Shown here: piece by piece, positions 50,246 to 61,488 of the stretch
Layout of the letters: each line of letters begins with the position of its first letter
How positions within the stretch are numbered: the stretch's first letter is position 1
Source of the DNA: Acholeplasmataceae bacterium
Lineage (GTDB): Bacteria; Bacillota_I; Bacilli_A; Acholeplasmatales; Acholeplasmataceae
Assembly (NCBI GenBank): GCA_963667565.1
Contig: OY763415.1
Coordinates: 1,280,001-1,344,000, forward strand
DNA length: 64,000 bases
Direction: 5' to 3'
Position numbers and translations under genes: made by a program
The notes under the pieces: generated by a model
Databases searched by the model: none
Seen by the model: the letters and a program-made list of their open reading frames with translations, nothing else
What the model was told of the DNA's origin: nothing

Positions 50246-51108
50246 CAGATAAAATATATCCAAAAGCGCATATCCAAGATTATGGCTACAAGAACTATAG
50301 TTACTTAAAACCAATCATTAAAATACTTGCTATCTTATTTGCGATTGCTATGGTATTTATGTTATATCTTCCTATTTTAGTAATTGCTATAGATTCATTT
50401 AACACTGCAGGTAATGCAACAACTTTTGATGGTTTCACATTTAATTGGTACTTAAATATTGTTCATGAACCAGAATTGCTAAATGCTATTAAGAATACAT
50501 TTGTTGTTTCAATTATTGCAACAACACTTGCTACAGTTTTAGGAACGCTATTTGCTATTGGTATTGATAGACTCCCTAAAAAAATAAAAAGTCATATTGT
50601 CTTTTTAAATAATGTTCCTATATTAAACGCGGATATTGTCACAGGTTTCTCACTCATGATTATGTTTAGATTCCTTATGATCATTTTCCCAAATATTTTC
50701 GGTTTAACAACACTCGTATTAGCGCATCTCTTCTTCACGTTCCCATATGTAATCTTAAGTGTTCTACCTAAATTAAAAGAGTTAGATCCAAACTTTATCG
50801 ATGCTGCTATGGATTTGGGAGTTAAGCCTTATAAAGCCATTTACTTGATAGTTATTCCTGCTATTAAAGCTGGAATTCTCTCAGGTATGATCTTCGCATT
50901 TACGATGAGTATTGATGACTTCGTTATTAGTTTCTTCAATACTGGAGCAGGTTATGATAACTTATCCATTTGGATTTACGGTGTCATTGGACGACGAAAT
51001 CTAACACCATCAGTTTATGCATTTTCCACATTGTTAACTCTACTCACTGCAGTAGGTTTAATATCAGCAAATTTAATCCAAAGAAAGGGTAAAAAACACA
51101 CAAAATGA
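50242..51108 (+). CDS. potC: spermidine/putrescine ABC permease
   Basis: LYLPI, GFT..WY, N.DIVTG, DAAMDLG, FTMSIDDFVISFF. Confidence 0.88.
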   Translation: MTDKIYPKAHIQDYGYKNYSYLKPIIKILAILFAIAMVFMLYLPILVIAIDSFNTAGNATTFDGFTFNWYLNIVHEPELLNAIKNTFVVSIIATTLATVLGTLFAIGIDRLPKKIKSHIVFLNNVPILNADIVTGFSLMIMFRFLMIIFPNIFGLTTLVLAHLFFTFPYVILSVLPKLKELDPNFIDAAMDLGVKPYKAIYLIVIPAIKAGILSGMIFAFTMSIDDFVISFFNTGAGYDNLSIWIYGVIGRRNLTPSVYAFSTLLTLLTAVGLISANLIQRKGKKHTK

Positions 51109-52253
51109 AAAAAATTTTCACTTTGTCACTCATAATGGTAGTGGCGATCTTCTTGGCATCTTGTAGTTCAAAACCAACCTTACGCATCCTCAACTGGGGT
51201 GAGTATATTAATGATGAGGTTGTTGCAAATTTCGAAGCAGCAACAGGTTATAATGTTATTGTTGACGTAACTGATTCAAATGAATCTTTCTACTCAAAAA
51301 TTAAAAGTGCAACAACTGCATATGATATCGTAGTTCCATCTGATTATATGGTGGAAAAAATGGTTGATGAAGATATGTTATATCAATTAGACTATAATTT
51401 ACTTCCAAATAGAGCTGATGTTACATACATGACTGGTGTTGAAGCTATCTATAATTCAATGGCTGCAACTACACTAGCTCGTACAGGAGAAACAGTTGAT
51501 TATACTAATTATGCTGTGCCCTACTTCTGGGGATCATTTGGTATCATCTATAACAATCGTGTTGCGGGATTAGAAACTGCACTACAAACCAACGGTTGGG
51601 GTGCATATTTTGATCCAACACTAGCACCTGCAGGTGTGACTCGTGGTATGTATGATGTTCCACAATTTGCTTACGCTGCTGCATCTTTCTATTTAAACCA
51701 AGATATTAATGTTGTTACTGAATCTTCATTAGCTGCTGTACAAACAGCCATCGAACAAGCAAACTTTACTGAATGGGGATTTGATATCTTAAAAAGAGAT
51801 ATTGAGTCAGATAATTTAGATTTAGCATTCACTTACACAGGTGATTACTTAGATAGATTATATATGCAACTTGATTCAGGTAAAACAATTGCTGAAGTTC
51901 AAGCAGATTTTAACATCTATATTCCAGATAACACTTTAGTATTTATTGATAACTTAGTCATTCCTAAGACTTCTCAACAAGTTGATATGGCTCATGAATT
52001 TATTAATTATTTACTTGATCCACAAGTTGTCGCTTTAAATAGTGAAGTTGTTGGATATGCTACAGGTCTTAATGAAGCTTATGATATTATTGTTGCTTAT
52101 GAAAACAGCACTGATGCTTGGTATAAAAACTGGGCTACTGCTTACCAAATTTACTATAACAAAAATGCAACTACTAATTTAGTACCTCTAACATCTTTAC
52201 CTGCTGAAGAAATCGACAAAATTATCACCATGGTAAATAACGCAAGAGTATAA
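51105..52253 (+). CDS. potD: spermidine/putrescine-binding lipoprotein
   Basis: Lipobox LASC; NWGEYI, DSNE, YDIVVPSDYM, PYFWG, DNLVIPK, AHEFINYL. Confidence 0.88.
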   Translation: MKKIFTLSLIMVVAIFLASCSSKPTLRILNWGEYINDEVVANFEAATGYNVIVDVTDSNESFYSKIKSATTAYDIVVPSDYMVEKMVDEDMLYQLDYNLLPNRADVTYMTGVEAIYNSMAATTLARTGETVDYTNYAVPYFWGSFGIIYNNRVAGLETALQTNGWGAYFDPTLAPAGVTRGMYDVPQFAYAAASFYLNQDINVVTESSLAAVQTAIEQANFTEWGFDILKRDIESDNLDLAFTYTGDYLDRLYMQLDSGKTIAEVQADFNIYIPDNTLVFIDNLVIPKTSQQVDMAHEFINYLLDPQVVALNSEVVGYATGLNEAYDIIVAYENSTDAWYKNWATAYQIYYNKNATTNLVPLTSLPAEEIDKIITMVNNARV

Positions 52254-52274
52254 TTTTTAAATAACTTATTCTTT

Positions 52275-52305
52275 AAACATCTCTTTAAGTGAAGAGGTGT
52301 TTTTT
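52275..52305 (+). terminator. intrinsic terminator of potABCD
   Basis: AAACATCTCTT-N-AAGAGGTGTTT followed by a T-tract. Confidence 0.75.
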
Positions 52306-52456
52306 ATTTTAGAGGACTTTTTGTGGAATATCTCTACTTATTTTCTTATTAGAAATGAAATTCAATCACACGCTTTTTAAATAGAATTTATTTAAATATA
52401 ATTGGATTACAAGAAACAATTTATTTATAAAATAAATTTTTAAAAGGAGTGAATTT

Positions 52457-55400
52457 ATGAAAAAAATCTTCTTGTTACTTATTTTATTGATGATGAGTAT
52501 TTTTATTTTTACATCTCAAAATCAATCAATCTATGCTTCGAGTGATCCCTATATTTCAATTTCATCTGGAAATGGACACTCAGTAGCACTTACACAAAGT
52601 GGAAAAATTTTTACATGGGGCTATAATAATCATGGTCAGTTAGGTAATGGTACAACAACTACATCTTACCTTAAAAATGATATAACTGAAAACGGTGATT
52701 TAGCTGGTTTGATTGGCTCTGGTGATAAAATTACATATATAGAAGCTGAAAATGACGCTACCTTATTAATTAGTGAGCAAGGGCGTATTTTTGTATTTGG
52801 TGACGATAACTCAGGAAATCTAGCCAATGGAGCATATGCCGATCAACACTTACCTGATGAAATCACTGGACGTGGTGCTTTGGCAAATCTTGCTGTAGAT
52901 GACAAAATTGTCACTGGTTCTATTTCGGGTTGGATTTTAATTCTCGTATCTGAACAAGGACGTGTATTTTCAGTAGGTTCTAAATATCAAAATGCTTATT
53001 CATCGTCTTCAAACCAATCACTACCTGTAGAAATTACACATAGTGGTGCTTTAAATAATCTTGATTCTAGTGACAAAATTGTTTTTGTAGAATCTGTTTA
53101 TGGAGCCACAGGTCCAACAAGAAGTATTTATATCAGCCAAAATGGGCGCGTATTCACTCATGGAGGTCAAATTTGGGGTACCTTAGGTAATGGGTCTACC
53201 AGTAATAGTATTATTTATACACCAATCGAAATTACTACATTAGGTGATTTAAATGCTTTGTCTAGTGCAGGCGATAAAGTGATCAGCGCAAGTACATCTT
53301 ATAGTGCAACATATTTAATGACACAAGACCATCAAGTTTTTGGTTATGGGTTAACAAATAGTGAAGAAATTCTAGATTCTATTGCTGGTGATTATGTGAC
53401 TTATCCAAGAAGTATGATGTCTAGATTTACGTTAAATACAAATGAACATATAATTGATATGCAAGCAGCTTATAGCTCTGGTGCATTTCTCACAGACCAA
53501 AATAGAATACTTACACTTGGTAATAACTATGTAGGGCAAGCAGGTGTTAATGACTTAAGGGATTTAGGCACCAATGTCTCAGAAGCTACACTTTATGGTG
53601 ATTTTAGTGGTCAAACACTTTCATTTTTAATGATTGATGGAGAAAGCGAACATTATTTAGCACTTGATGCTAATGGTGAAATTTATGGATGGGGTAATAC
53701 TGACTCAGGGGCATTAAGTGCAGATCCAACCATATTTACAACACCAATTAAACAAGCCACTAATATTGATAATTTTAATTTAATACAGATGAGTTTTAAT
53801 TCTAATGGTGGATCATCAGTTTCTACAATATCCCAATTAGAAGATAGTGCAATCACACCTCCATCAAACCCAACAAAAGATGGGTACACATTTGATGGTT
53901 GGTATGCAGATAGTGAATTAACCATACCTTATATCATAGATACCATGCCTTCAGAAGATATTACTTTGTACGCTAAATGGGTAACTACGACTTTTAGTAT
54001 CAGCTATGAACTAGATGGTGCTTTGGACAACACCAATCCAGCAAATTATACGATTATTGATGATACGATTACTTTATCTGATGTTTCAAAGGAAGGCTCA
54101 ACTTTTGCAGGTTGGTTTACAGAGGCATCCTTTACAAATGAAGTCACTGAAATAACAACCGGTTCTTTTGGAAATGTGACACTTTATGCTAAATTTGTCT
54201 CACTTCCTCCTCAAATTTCATTAACCTCTACAACTGTGGAAGCAAGTCAATATTCTTCAGATATTCTAGATTTTTTGACTTTTTCTGATGATGAGACCCT
54301 AAATGAAGATTTAATTGTATCAGTTACTTTTTTAAATTATAACTTTTATGCCTATGATTATACATTTTTCCCCAATGCATTAGGTGATTTTCAAATTGAA
54401 GTAACTGCTACTGATGAAGATGGAAATCAAACAACTGAGCTATTTGATATGTCAGTCGTTGATACAACACCAATAGCATTCTATGATGATTCAGGAGAAA
54501 CTCCTGTTGAAAGAACTTCGATGGATTTTTATTATTTTATTGACGCACAAGACTATCTTACACTTGACAATAGTGTTGATCCATATATTAGTGATTGGGA
54601 ACGTATTTCTGTAAGTTATGAAATGGTAGGTTTACAGTTTGGTGAATCAGAAATCATGGATGTTTTCGCATCCATTACGGTTCCAGGTCAATATGATTTA
54701 ATTCAATATTTTGATGATGGTAGTAACAATATTTCAGAATTCACTTATCATTTCACTTACATCTATCTCACTGACATTTTTGATTATGCACCTAATTTCA
54801 ATCTTCCTTTAAACAGTAGTTTTAATGTTAATAACCTTTCACTTCATGGCGATTTTTCACAATATACACTTAATATATCATCAGATCTAGATACGGCTTT
54901 TTTAGGAACATATAGTGTGTCATTTGAACTTTATGATGAGATCAATGACGATATTATATTCGATGGCGATTATGTGTTGATTGTAACAGATCAAGATGTG
55001 TTTCCACCGGTTGTAACCACTACTGATTTTAATATTGAAGCTGGTTTCCCAATTGAAGATTTCTCAACTTACAATGGACACTATACTGTTTCAGATGATA
55101 GTGAATATAGCATTGACTTTTCAGATGATATTAATTATGATGTTCCAGGCGATTATACATTAACACTAACTGTCACTGATGCATTTGACAATGTAACAGT
55201 TGCTGAATTAACTGTGACCGTATTGCCTTTTGAACTAAAGAATCTTGCATTTAATGAAGCTGGTGGTACATCTGTTGATGATCAACACTACTACTATTTA
55301 GATACCATTGTACTACCTGAAGTTAATCCTACCAAAGAGGGTTACACATTTGGTGGATGGTATACAACACCACAGTTTGATGAACCATTTACGTTAACCT

Positions 55401-56927
55401 CAATGCCTAATCTAAATATCACAGTTTATGCGTATTGGATTCCAAACCAATACACGGTTACATTTGATACAAATGGTGGTTCTTTAATTGATCCGATAAC
55501 TCAAGATTATTTATCATATGTAATTGCACCAACAGCCCCAACTTACACAGGTTTTACTTTTGATGCATGGTATACAGATGATACTTATTTAACGGTTTAT
55601 CATTTTAATACAATGCCAAATCACGATGTTACTTTATATGCCAACTGGATTAGAAATACTTACACAGTTTATTTTCATCCTAATAATGGTTCATCATTTA
55701 GTTATATCAATCAACCTTTTGACACCATGGTCATGCCTCCAGAAGATCCTATTTATGAAGGATATACATTTAATGGTTGGTACTTAGATAGTGGATTAAC
55801 TCAACCTTATTCATTTGAGGCAATGCCCGCTAATATAATCCATCTATATGCAAAATGGTCATTAAACCAATATAGTATCACTTTTGATAGTGCAGGAGGT
55901 AGCGTGGTTTCTGCCATCACTCAAGATTATCAATCAGATGTCAGCGCACCTGCTAATCCTACTAAAGAGGGTTACACATTTAATGGTTGGGATCAAAGTG
56001 TTCCTGCGACAATGCCTTCAAATGATTTAACACTTACTGCGACTTGGACAATTAACCAATATAGTATCACTTTTGATACTGCCGGAGGTAGCGTGGTTTC
56101 TGCCATCACTCAAGATTATCAATCAGATGTCAGCGCACCTGCTAATCCTACTAAAGAGGGTTACACATTTAATGGTTGGGATCAAAGTGTTCCTGCGACA
56201 ATGCCTTCAAATGATTTAACACTTACTGCGACTTGGACAATTAACCAATATAGCTTTTGATACTGCAGGAGGTAGCGTGGTTTCTGCCATCACTCAAGAT
56301 TACCTATCAGATGTCAGCGCACCTGCTAATCCTACTAAAGAGGGTTACACATTTAATGGTTGGGATCAAAGTATTCCTTCGACAATGCCTTCAAATGATT
56401 TAACACTCACTGCGACTTGGACAATCAACAGTTATACAGTAACATACGATGTTGATGGTACGTTAACAACAGAGGTTGTCAATTATCAAGGTACACTTCA
56501 AAACATACCAACGCCAACAAAAGAAGGCTATACATTTGTTGCTTGGCAAATTGATGAAAGTGATGTTGATTTATCAACTTATGTACAATCTATTGGAGAT
56601 ATCACAATCGTTGCTACATTCTTAGATGCTACACCACCATTAGTCACTGGTGTTGTCAATGAAACTGTCTATCAAAGAGGAAGCGAAATTACCATTAATT
56701 ATAATGAAGGAACTGCGACATTAAATGGCGTTGCATTCACTTCTGGTACAGTGATTAATACGCCTGGTGATTATACTCTAGTCGTTACAGATAGTTCTGG
56801 AAATGTGACAACAACGACATTTACCATCGAAGGACTTCCAATGAATTTGATTTATATTGGTGGTGGGGTAATTATATTAATTGCACTTCTTGTCACAATG
56901 AAATTCGTTATTTTTAGAAAAAAATAG
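52457..56927 (+). pseudogene. large surface protein (RCC1-like repeats, Ig-like domains, InlB B-repeats, C-terminal TM anchor) interrupted by a 5-bp deletion; ORFs 52457-56260 and 56277-56927
   Basis: Signal peptide; HS.AL...G..FTWG.N..GQLG RCC1 repeats; F.SNGGS...P.KEGYTF.GW...TLYAKW B-repeats; hydrophobic C-terminus ending FRKK in the second ORF. Confidence 0.8.
55865..56431 (+). repeat. three near-identical 189-bp tandem repeats (63-aa B-repeat units)
   Basis: Unit starts AACCAATATAG at 55865, 56054 and 56243; the third unit lacks TATCA. Confidence 0.95.
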
Positions 56928-56942
56928 TACTTTTATTTTAAC

Positions 56943-56971
56943 AAAAGCCATGTGGAAAACATGGCTTTTTT
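56943..56971 (+). terminator. intrinsic terminator after the surface protein
   Basis: AAAAGCCATGT-GGAAA-ACATGGCTTTT plus Ts. Confidence 0.8.
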
Positions 56972-57008
56972 CTTTACATTTGATATAATAACACTAAGAG
57001 GTGATTCG

Positions 57009-58037
57009 ATGAATCAAAAACTGAAAGTAGCACTTATTGGATATGGTATGGCAGGACAATGGTTTCATATGACTCAACTTCATAACCACAAAAATTATGA
57101 AGTTAAATATGTAATGACACGTAGTGAAAAAAATATAAGCATCTTAAAACAAACTGTACCAAACGCTCATGTGATCTCATCTTTTGATGATGCCATCAAT
57201 GATAAAGAAGTTGATCTTATTGTTATCGCAACTTCAAACGATGTACATTTTGAATATACTAAAAAAGCGATACTTGCTAAAAAGCATGTTGTATGTGAAA
57301 AACCATTTGTGGATACGTTTGACAAAGCTAAATATCTTTTTGATTTAGCAAAGGAAAATCAAGTCATCTTACGTGTATTTCATAATAGAAGATTTGATGG
57401 TGATATATTAACCATTAAAGATTTAATTAAAACTGAAGATTTTGGTTCTATCATTTCATTTACAGCACGTTTTAATCGATATCATCCAGAGTTATCAGAT
57501 AATTGGCGTTATCAAGATAATCATATGCCTGGTTCTTATTATGATTTAGCACCTCATCTTGTTTTTGATGCTCTTGAATTATTTGGCTATCCAAATCAAG
57601 TGTTCACACAATTATTTATTGATCGTGAAGGTGGACTTGCAGATGATCGTTTTCAAATGATTTTATATTATGATACTTTTGAGTGTTATTTAAGTTCTGA
57701 AGTCTTTGAACGAGATCCAAAACCTCGCTTTGAACTTGTAGGTACAAAAAAGACTTATGTTAAATATGGTTTTGACCAACCAGATTCAGTCAATAAACTA
57801 ATTGATATACCTTATCAAGAAAATCAGCCAAAGAGTTTACTCATCACTTCTTTAGAAGAACAAGCTCACATCAATGTTTACACAGGTAAACACTATTTAT
57901 TTTATGATCAATTATATCTTGACATCCTCTATTTAGAAGATTCAAGCGAAAATGAGAAATTATCTTTAATGGTTATAGATGTGATGGAACACGGGTTAAA
58001 ATCTCATCAACAAAAGAAAATTATATCGCTTAAATAA
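57009..58037 (+). CDS. Gfo/Idh/MocA family oxidoreductase (YdgJ/IolW-like)
   Basis: LIGYGMAG..FH, HVVCEKP, VFHNRRFDGD, YDLAPH; GAGGTG RBS; extended -10 TGaTATAAT at 56981-56989. Confidence 0.88.
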   Translation: MNQKLKVALIGYGMAGQWFHMTQLHNHKNYEVKYVMTRSEKNISILKQTVPNAHVISSFDDAINDKEVDLIVIATSNDVHFEYTKKAILAKKHVVCEKPFVDTFDKAKYLFDLAKENQVILRVFHNRRFDGDILTIKDLIKTEDFGSIISFTARFNRYHPELSDNWRYQDNHMPGSYYDLAPHLVFDALELFGYPNQVFTQLFIDREGGLADDRFQMILYYDTFECYLSSEVFERDPKPRFELVGTKKTYVKYGFDQPDSVNKLIDIPYQENQPKSLLITSLEEQAHINVYTGKHYLFYDQLYLDILYLEDSSENEKLSLMVIDVMEHGLKSHQQKKIISLK

Positions 58038-58063
58038 AAAAATCCGAATATCGGATTTTTTTT
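58036..58063. terminator. bidirectional terminator
   Basis: AAAAAAATCCGA-ATA-TCGGATTTTTTT between convergent genes. Confidence 0.8.
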
Positions 58064-59765
58064 ATAAACTGTTTTTTACGATTTCTATGACTTCTTCTTG
58101 TGTTTTAGCTTTTAATACCTTATGTGCTATATCTTCAAATGTTTTATGTTGATGTGTATTGATGATTTTTTTAATTTTAGCCACTTGAGATAATGACATG
58201 CTTAATTTCTTGATACCTAATCCAATAAGAATAGGTGCTGCAATTTCATCGCCACCTAATTCACCGCATATGGATAACTCTTTATCATGTGCATTAAATG
58301 AATTGCTTATCATTTTTAAAACTCTAAATACAGCAGGTGAATAACTTTGATAGTATGATTTTATGTCAGTATTCATACGATCAACTGCATGCAGGTATTG
58401 TGTTAAATCATTTGTGCCTACACTTGCAAAATCAACGAGTTCACAAACCTCATCACTCATCATCGCAATCGAAGGTATCTCTATCATAATACCTATTTTT
58501 AAATGGTGATCATAGTCCAATTTTTGATCTTCAAGTTCTTTTTTACATGTTTCAACAACTTCTTTTGCACGAATGATATCATCTATCGATCCAACCATAG
58601 GAAACATCAGTTGAATATTATGTTTAACTGAACCTACAAGTGCTGCTTTAATTTGTGTTTTAAACATGTCCATATGTTCAAAACAAAGTCTAAGTGCACG
58701 CTTACCTAAAAAAGGATTTTCTTCTTCGGGTAATGTTAAATATGATAATTTTTTGTCGCCACCAATATCTAATGTTCTTAGTGTGACTTTTTTACCTTCA
58801 AATTTAACAGAAACATCTTCATAAACTAATCTTTGTTCTTCAAATGTTGGCAGGTGACTATTTTCCATAAATAAAAATTCACTTCTAAATAATCCAATAC
58901 CATCAACTGCCATTATAGATTTTAAAGATTCATCTTGGTTAGAGCCGATATTTAAATGAATTTCAATCTCATGTCCATCAAGTGTCTTTGCACTTTGATT
59001 TAAATATTTTAGTGTGTCTTGTTTTTCTTGTAAAAATGCTTGTTGTTTTGCTAAATATTTATCTTTTGTTTCTTTATCATAATTCATAATGACACTTCCA
59101 CTAACCGCATCTAAAATAGCAGGTCCTTCTAATCCAAGTGTTAACAAATCTTTAACTCCAATGATTGCTGGAATGTCATAACTTTTCGCGATGATTGCTG
59201 AATGAGAAGTATTTGATCCTATCTCAGTAATAATCCCTTTAACATGCGTTCTATCCATTGTTGCAGTATCTGATGGATATAAATCATAGGTCACAATGAT
59301 AACATCTTCATCAAGGTTAGAAATATCTGGATAGATTTTATCATCTAAATTTCTAAGCACTCTTGTTTTAACATCATCTAGATCCGCAACCCTTGCTTTG
59401 ATGTAGGGATCATCAATCATGTCAAGCATACTTTTAAATGTTTTATATGAAACGTCTACAGCTTTAGTAGGATGATAACCTTCACTCAAAAAATTTAAAA
59501 TCATATCATTGACTTCAATATCATTTAATATTTCAATATGTGCATTAAAAATTTCTGATTTTTCATCGTTTTCTTCTTTCAAATGATTCACAATCAGTTC
59601 TAATTCACTCTGTGCTTTTTTAACTGCATCTTGATATAGTTTTAATGAGGTTATTTGATCTAATGTGTTGTTTTCAACAATCACTGCTTGATACACTTCA
59701 TAAGGCATCAATTTTCCAAATCCATATCCTAATGAAACTGGAGCACTTAATTTTATTTCTTTCAT
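58062..59765 (-). CDS. ptsI: PTS enzyme I
   Basis: TSHSAIIA (phospho-His), GIGLFRSEFLFM, RTLDIGGDK, EENPFLG.R, SVGTNDLTQY, ICGE. Confidence 0.95.
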   Translation of the reverse strand: MKEIKLSAPVSLGYGFGKLMPYEVYQAVIVENNTLDQITSLKLYQDAVKKAQSELELIVNHLKEENDEKSEIFNAHIEILNDIEVNDMILNFLSEGYHPTKAVDVSYKTFKSMLDMIDDPYIKARVADLDDVKTRVLRNLDDKIYPDISNLDEDVIIVTYDLYPSDTATMDRTHVKGIITEIGSNTSHSAIIAKSYDIPAIIGVKDLLTLGLEGPAILDAVSGSVIMNYDKETKDKYLAKQQAFLQEKQDTLKYLNQSAKTLDGHEIEIHLNIGSNQDESLKSIMAVDGIGLFRSEFLFMENSHLPTFEEQRLVYEDVSVKFEGKKVTLRTLDIGGDKKLSYLTLPEEENPFLGKRALRLCFEHMDMFKTQIKAALVGSVKHNIQLMFPMVGSIDDIIRAKEVVETCKKELEDQKLDYDHHLKIGIMIEIPSIAMMSDEVCELVDFASVGTNDLTQYLHAVDRMNTDIKSYYQSYSPAVFRVLKMISNSFNAHDKELSICGELGGDEIAAPILIGLGIKKLSMSLSQVAKIKKIINTHQHKTFEDIAHKVLKAKTQEEVIEIVKNSL

Positions 59766-59790
59766 GGATAACTCCTTAAAAATAAAGATA

Positions 59791-59817
59791 GGGCTGGCAT
59801 AGTTTTATAACCAGCCC
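59791..59817 (-). terminator. intergenic hairpin between ptsH and ptsI
   Basis: GGGCTGG-N13-CCAGCCC followed on the minus strand by TATCTTTATTTT. Confidence 0.55.
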
Positions 59818-59828
59818 CACACTTTGAT

Positions 59829-60089
59829 TTAAATTAAAGCTTCTTCCCTTAAAGCGGCTTCAATCACGTTTTTCATATCTTCTTCTTTATGTCCATCTAA
59901 ATGAATCTTAAAGGTTGCACCGTTAGGAATACCAAGACTCAATACCATAAGCATTGACTTCATATTCACTAATTTGCCATTATACTCAAGTTGAATATTT
60001 CCTACAAAAGTAGATGCTAATTTGACTAATCTTGTAGCAGGTCTAGCATGTAATCCTTCTGGACTATTGATTTGGTATTCTAAAACCAT
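59829..60089 (-). CDS. ptsH: HPr phosphocarrier
   Basis: GLHARPA (His15); NMKSMLMVLSL (Ser46-equivalent). Confidence 0.93.
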   Translation of the reverse strand: MVLEYQINSPEGLHARPATRLVKLASTFVGNIQLEYNGKLVNMKSMLMVLSLGIPNGATFKIHLDGHKEEDMKNVIEAALREEALI

Positions 60090-60090
60090 A

Positions 60091-61125
60091 TTATTCTTCT
60101 TCCTCTAAAGCTGGTGCTTCAGGTAATAAGAGTTTTAATAGGAAAGCTGTTAAAACTGTACCTGCTGCTAGAGCAATTAAGAAGCCCCACCAGTTAGTCA
60201 TAATAAAGATAACGAATAAACCACCATGAGGTGCTGGAACTGCTGCACCAAATAATGCTGATAATGCACCAGCTAATGCAGAACCTGCAATAATTGAAGG
60301 TAAAACGGCTTTAGGATTTGCTGCTGCAAATGGAATAGCACCTTCAGTAATGAATGATGCACCCATAACCCAGTTTGTTTTACCAGCTTCAAGTTGTTGT
60401 TCATTAAATTTAGATTTAAATAACACTGTAGCTAATGCAATACCTAGTGGAGGTGTCATACCACCAACCATAACAGATGCCATTAATTCTGAAGACACAC
60501 CACCAGCGATTGATGCAACACCAACAACATAAGCTGCTTTGTTGATTGGACCACCCATGTCAACTGCCATCATACCACCAGCGATTAAACCAACGACGAT
60601 TGCACTTGTACCACTTAAATTATTTAAGAAGGTTTGTAGACCATCAGTAATTGGAGTAACAATTAAGTTAACACCTAACATTGCAACTGCTGCTAATAAT
60701 GTTCCGAATAATGGGAATAATAATACTGGTTTAATACCATTGAAAGATCTAGGAAGGCCTGAGAATACTTTCTTAAGTAATACCACGATATAACCAGCTG
60801 CAAAACCACCAACTAATGCACCAAGGAATCCTGATCCACCTGATGATGCTAAAGCACCTGCGACAAACCCAGGCACGAAACCAGGTCTATCTGCGATTGC
60901 ATATGCAATAAAACCAGCTAATACAGGTAACATGAAGCCAAATGCCACTTTACCAGTATCGCCAAACCAAGCTGCTACTGCATTACCCCATCCATAATCA
61001 GAAGCACCTGCGTTGCTTGCATCAAGAATAAATGCTAAAGCAATTAAGATACCACCAGCGACAACAAATGGAATCATTTGTGAAACGCCGCTCATAAGAT
61101 TTCTGTAAACATTGTTCTTTTTCAT
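60091..61125 (-). CDS. PTS fructose EIIC
   Basis: LMSGVSQMIPFVVAGG, DMGGPINKAAY, FITEGAIPF, APHGG. Confidence 0.93.
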   Translation of the reverse strand: MKKNNVYRNLMSGVSQMIPFVVAGGILIALAFILDASNAGASDYGWGNAVAAWFGDTGKVAFGFMLPVLAGFIAYAIADRPGFVPGFVAGALASSGGSGFLGALVGGFAAGYIVVLLKKVFSGLPRSFNGIKPVLLFPLFGTLLAAVAMLGVNLIVTPITDGLQTFLNNLSGTSAIVVGLIAGGMMAVDMGGPINKAAYVVGVASIAGGVSSELMASVMVGGMTPPLGIALATVLFKSKFNEQQLEAGKTNWVMGASFITEGAIPFAAANPKAVLPSIIAGSALAGALSALFGAAVPAPHGGLFVIFIMTNWWGFLIALAAGTVLTAFLLKLLLPEAPALEEEE

Positions 61126-61158
61126 CTTTTTCTCCTTTTATTTATTTCACAAATCATT

Positions 61159-61485
61159 CTATTGATGATTGTAAATACTATACTTGTTTGCTAAAGCATC
61201 TTCAACAAGCTGTTTAGCATTTTTAATGCCAGCTGAAACGCCAACTTCAATCAGTGGTTTACCATTGAATCTTTTCATTTCAACTCTAGCATCTGCTGCA
61301 ATGATAACTGCAACTGCTTCTTCAATATCTTGTGGTTTTAGTCTGTTTTCAACACCAATAGATCCATTGGTTTCAACAATGACTTTAACACCAAGTTTCT
61401 TTCCTGCTTTTTCAAGCATTTCTGCTGCCATATATGTATGTGCTATCCCTGTTGGACAAGCTGTTACTGCGACTATTTTTTGCAT
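61159..61485 (-). CDS. PTS fructose EIIB
   Basis: VTACPTGIAHTYMAAE, VETNGS.G. Confidence 0.93.
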   Translation of the reverse strand: MQKIVAVTACPTGIAHTYMAAEMLEKAGKKLGVKVIVETNGSIGVENRLKPQDIEEAVAVIIAADARVEMKRFNGKPLIEVGVSAGIKNAKQLVEDALANKYSIYNHQ

Positions 61486-61488
61486 GTA

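Noticed and set aside
55865..56431. Tandem repeats as a CRISPR array or mobile element
   Set aside because: The 189-bp units are in-frame coding repeats with no spacers, cas genes or transposase.
57009..58037. Gfo/Idh/MocA enzyme as partner of the TIM-barrel protein in a 3-keto-glycoside pathway
   Set aside because: It is more than 22 kb away, monocistronic with its own promoter, and shows no shared operator.
5046..60793. The many 60-111 aa ORFs nested in or antisense to long genes (for example 5421-5756, 6370-6681, 16626-16910, 42501-42836, 46593-46895)
   Set aside because: Expected by chance or from codon bias on the opposite strand; no independent signals.
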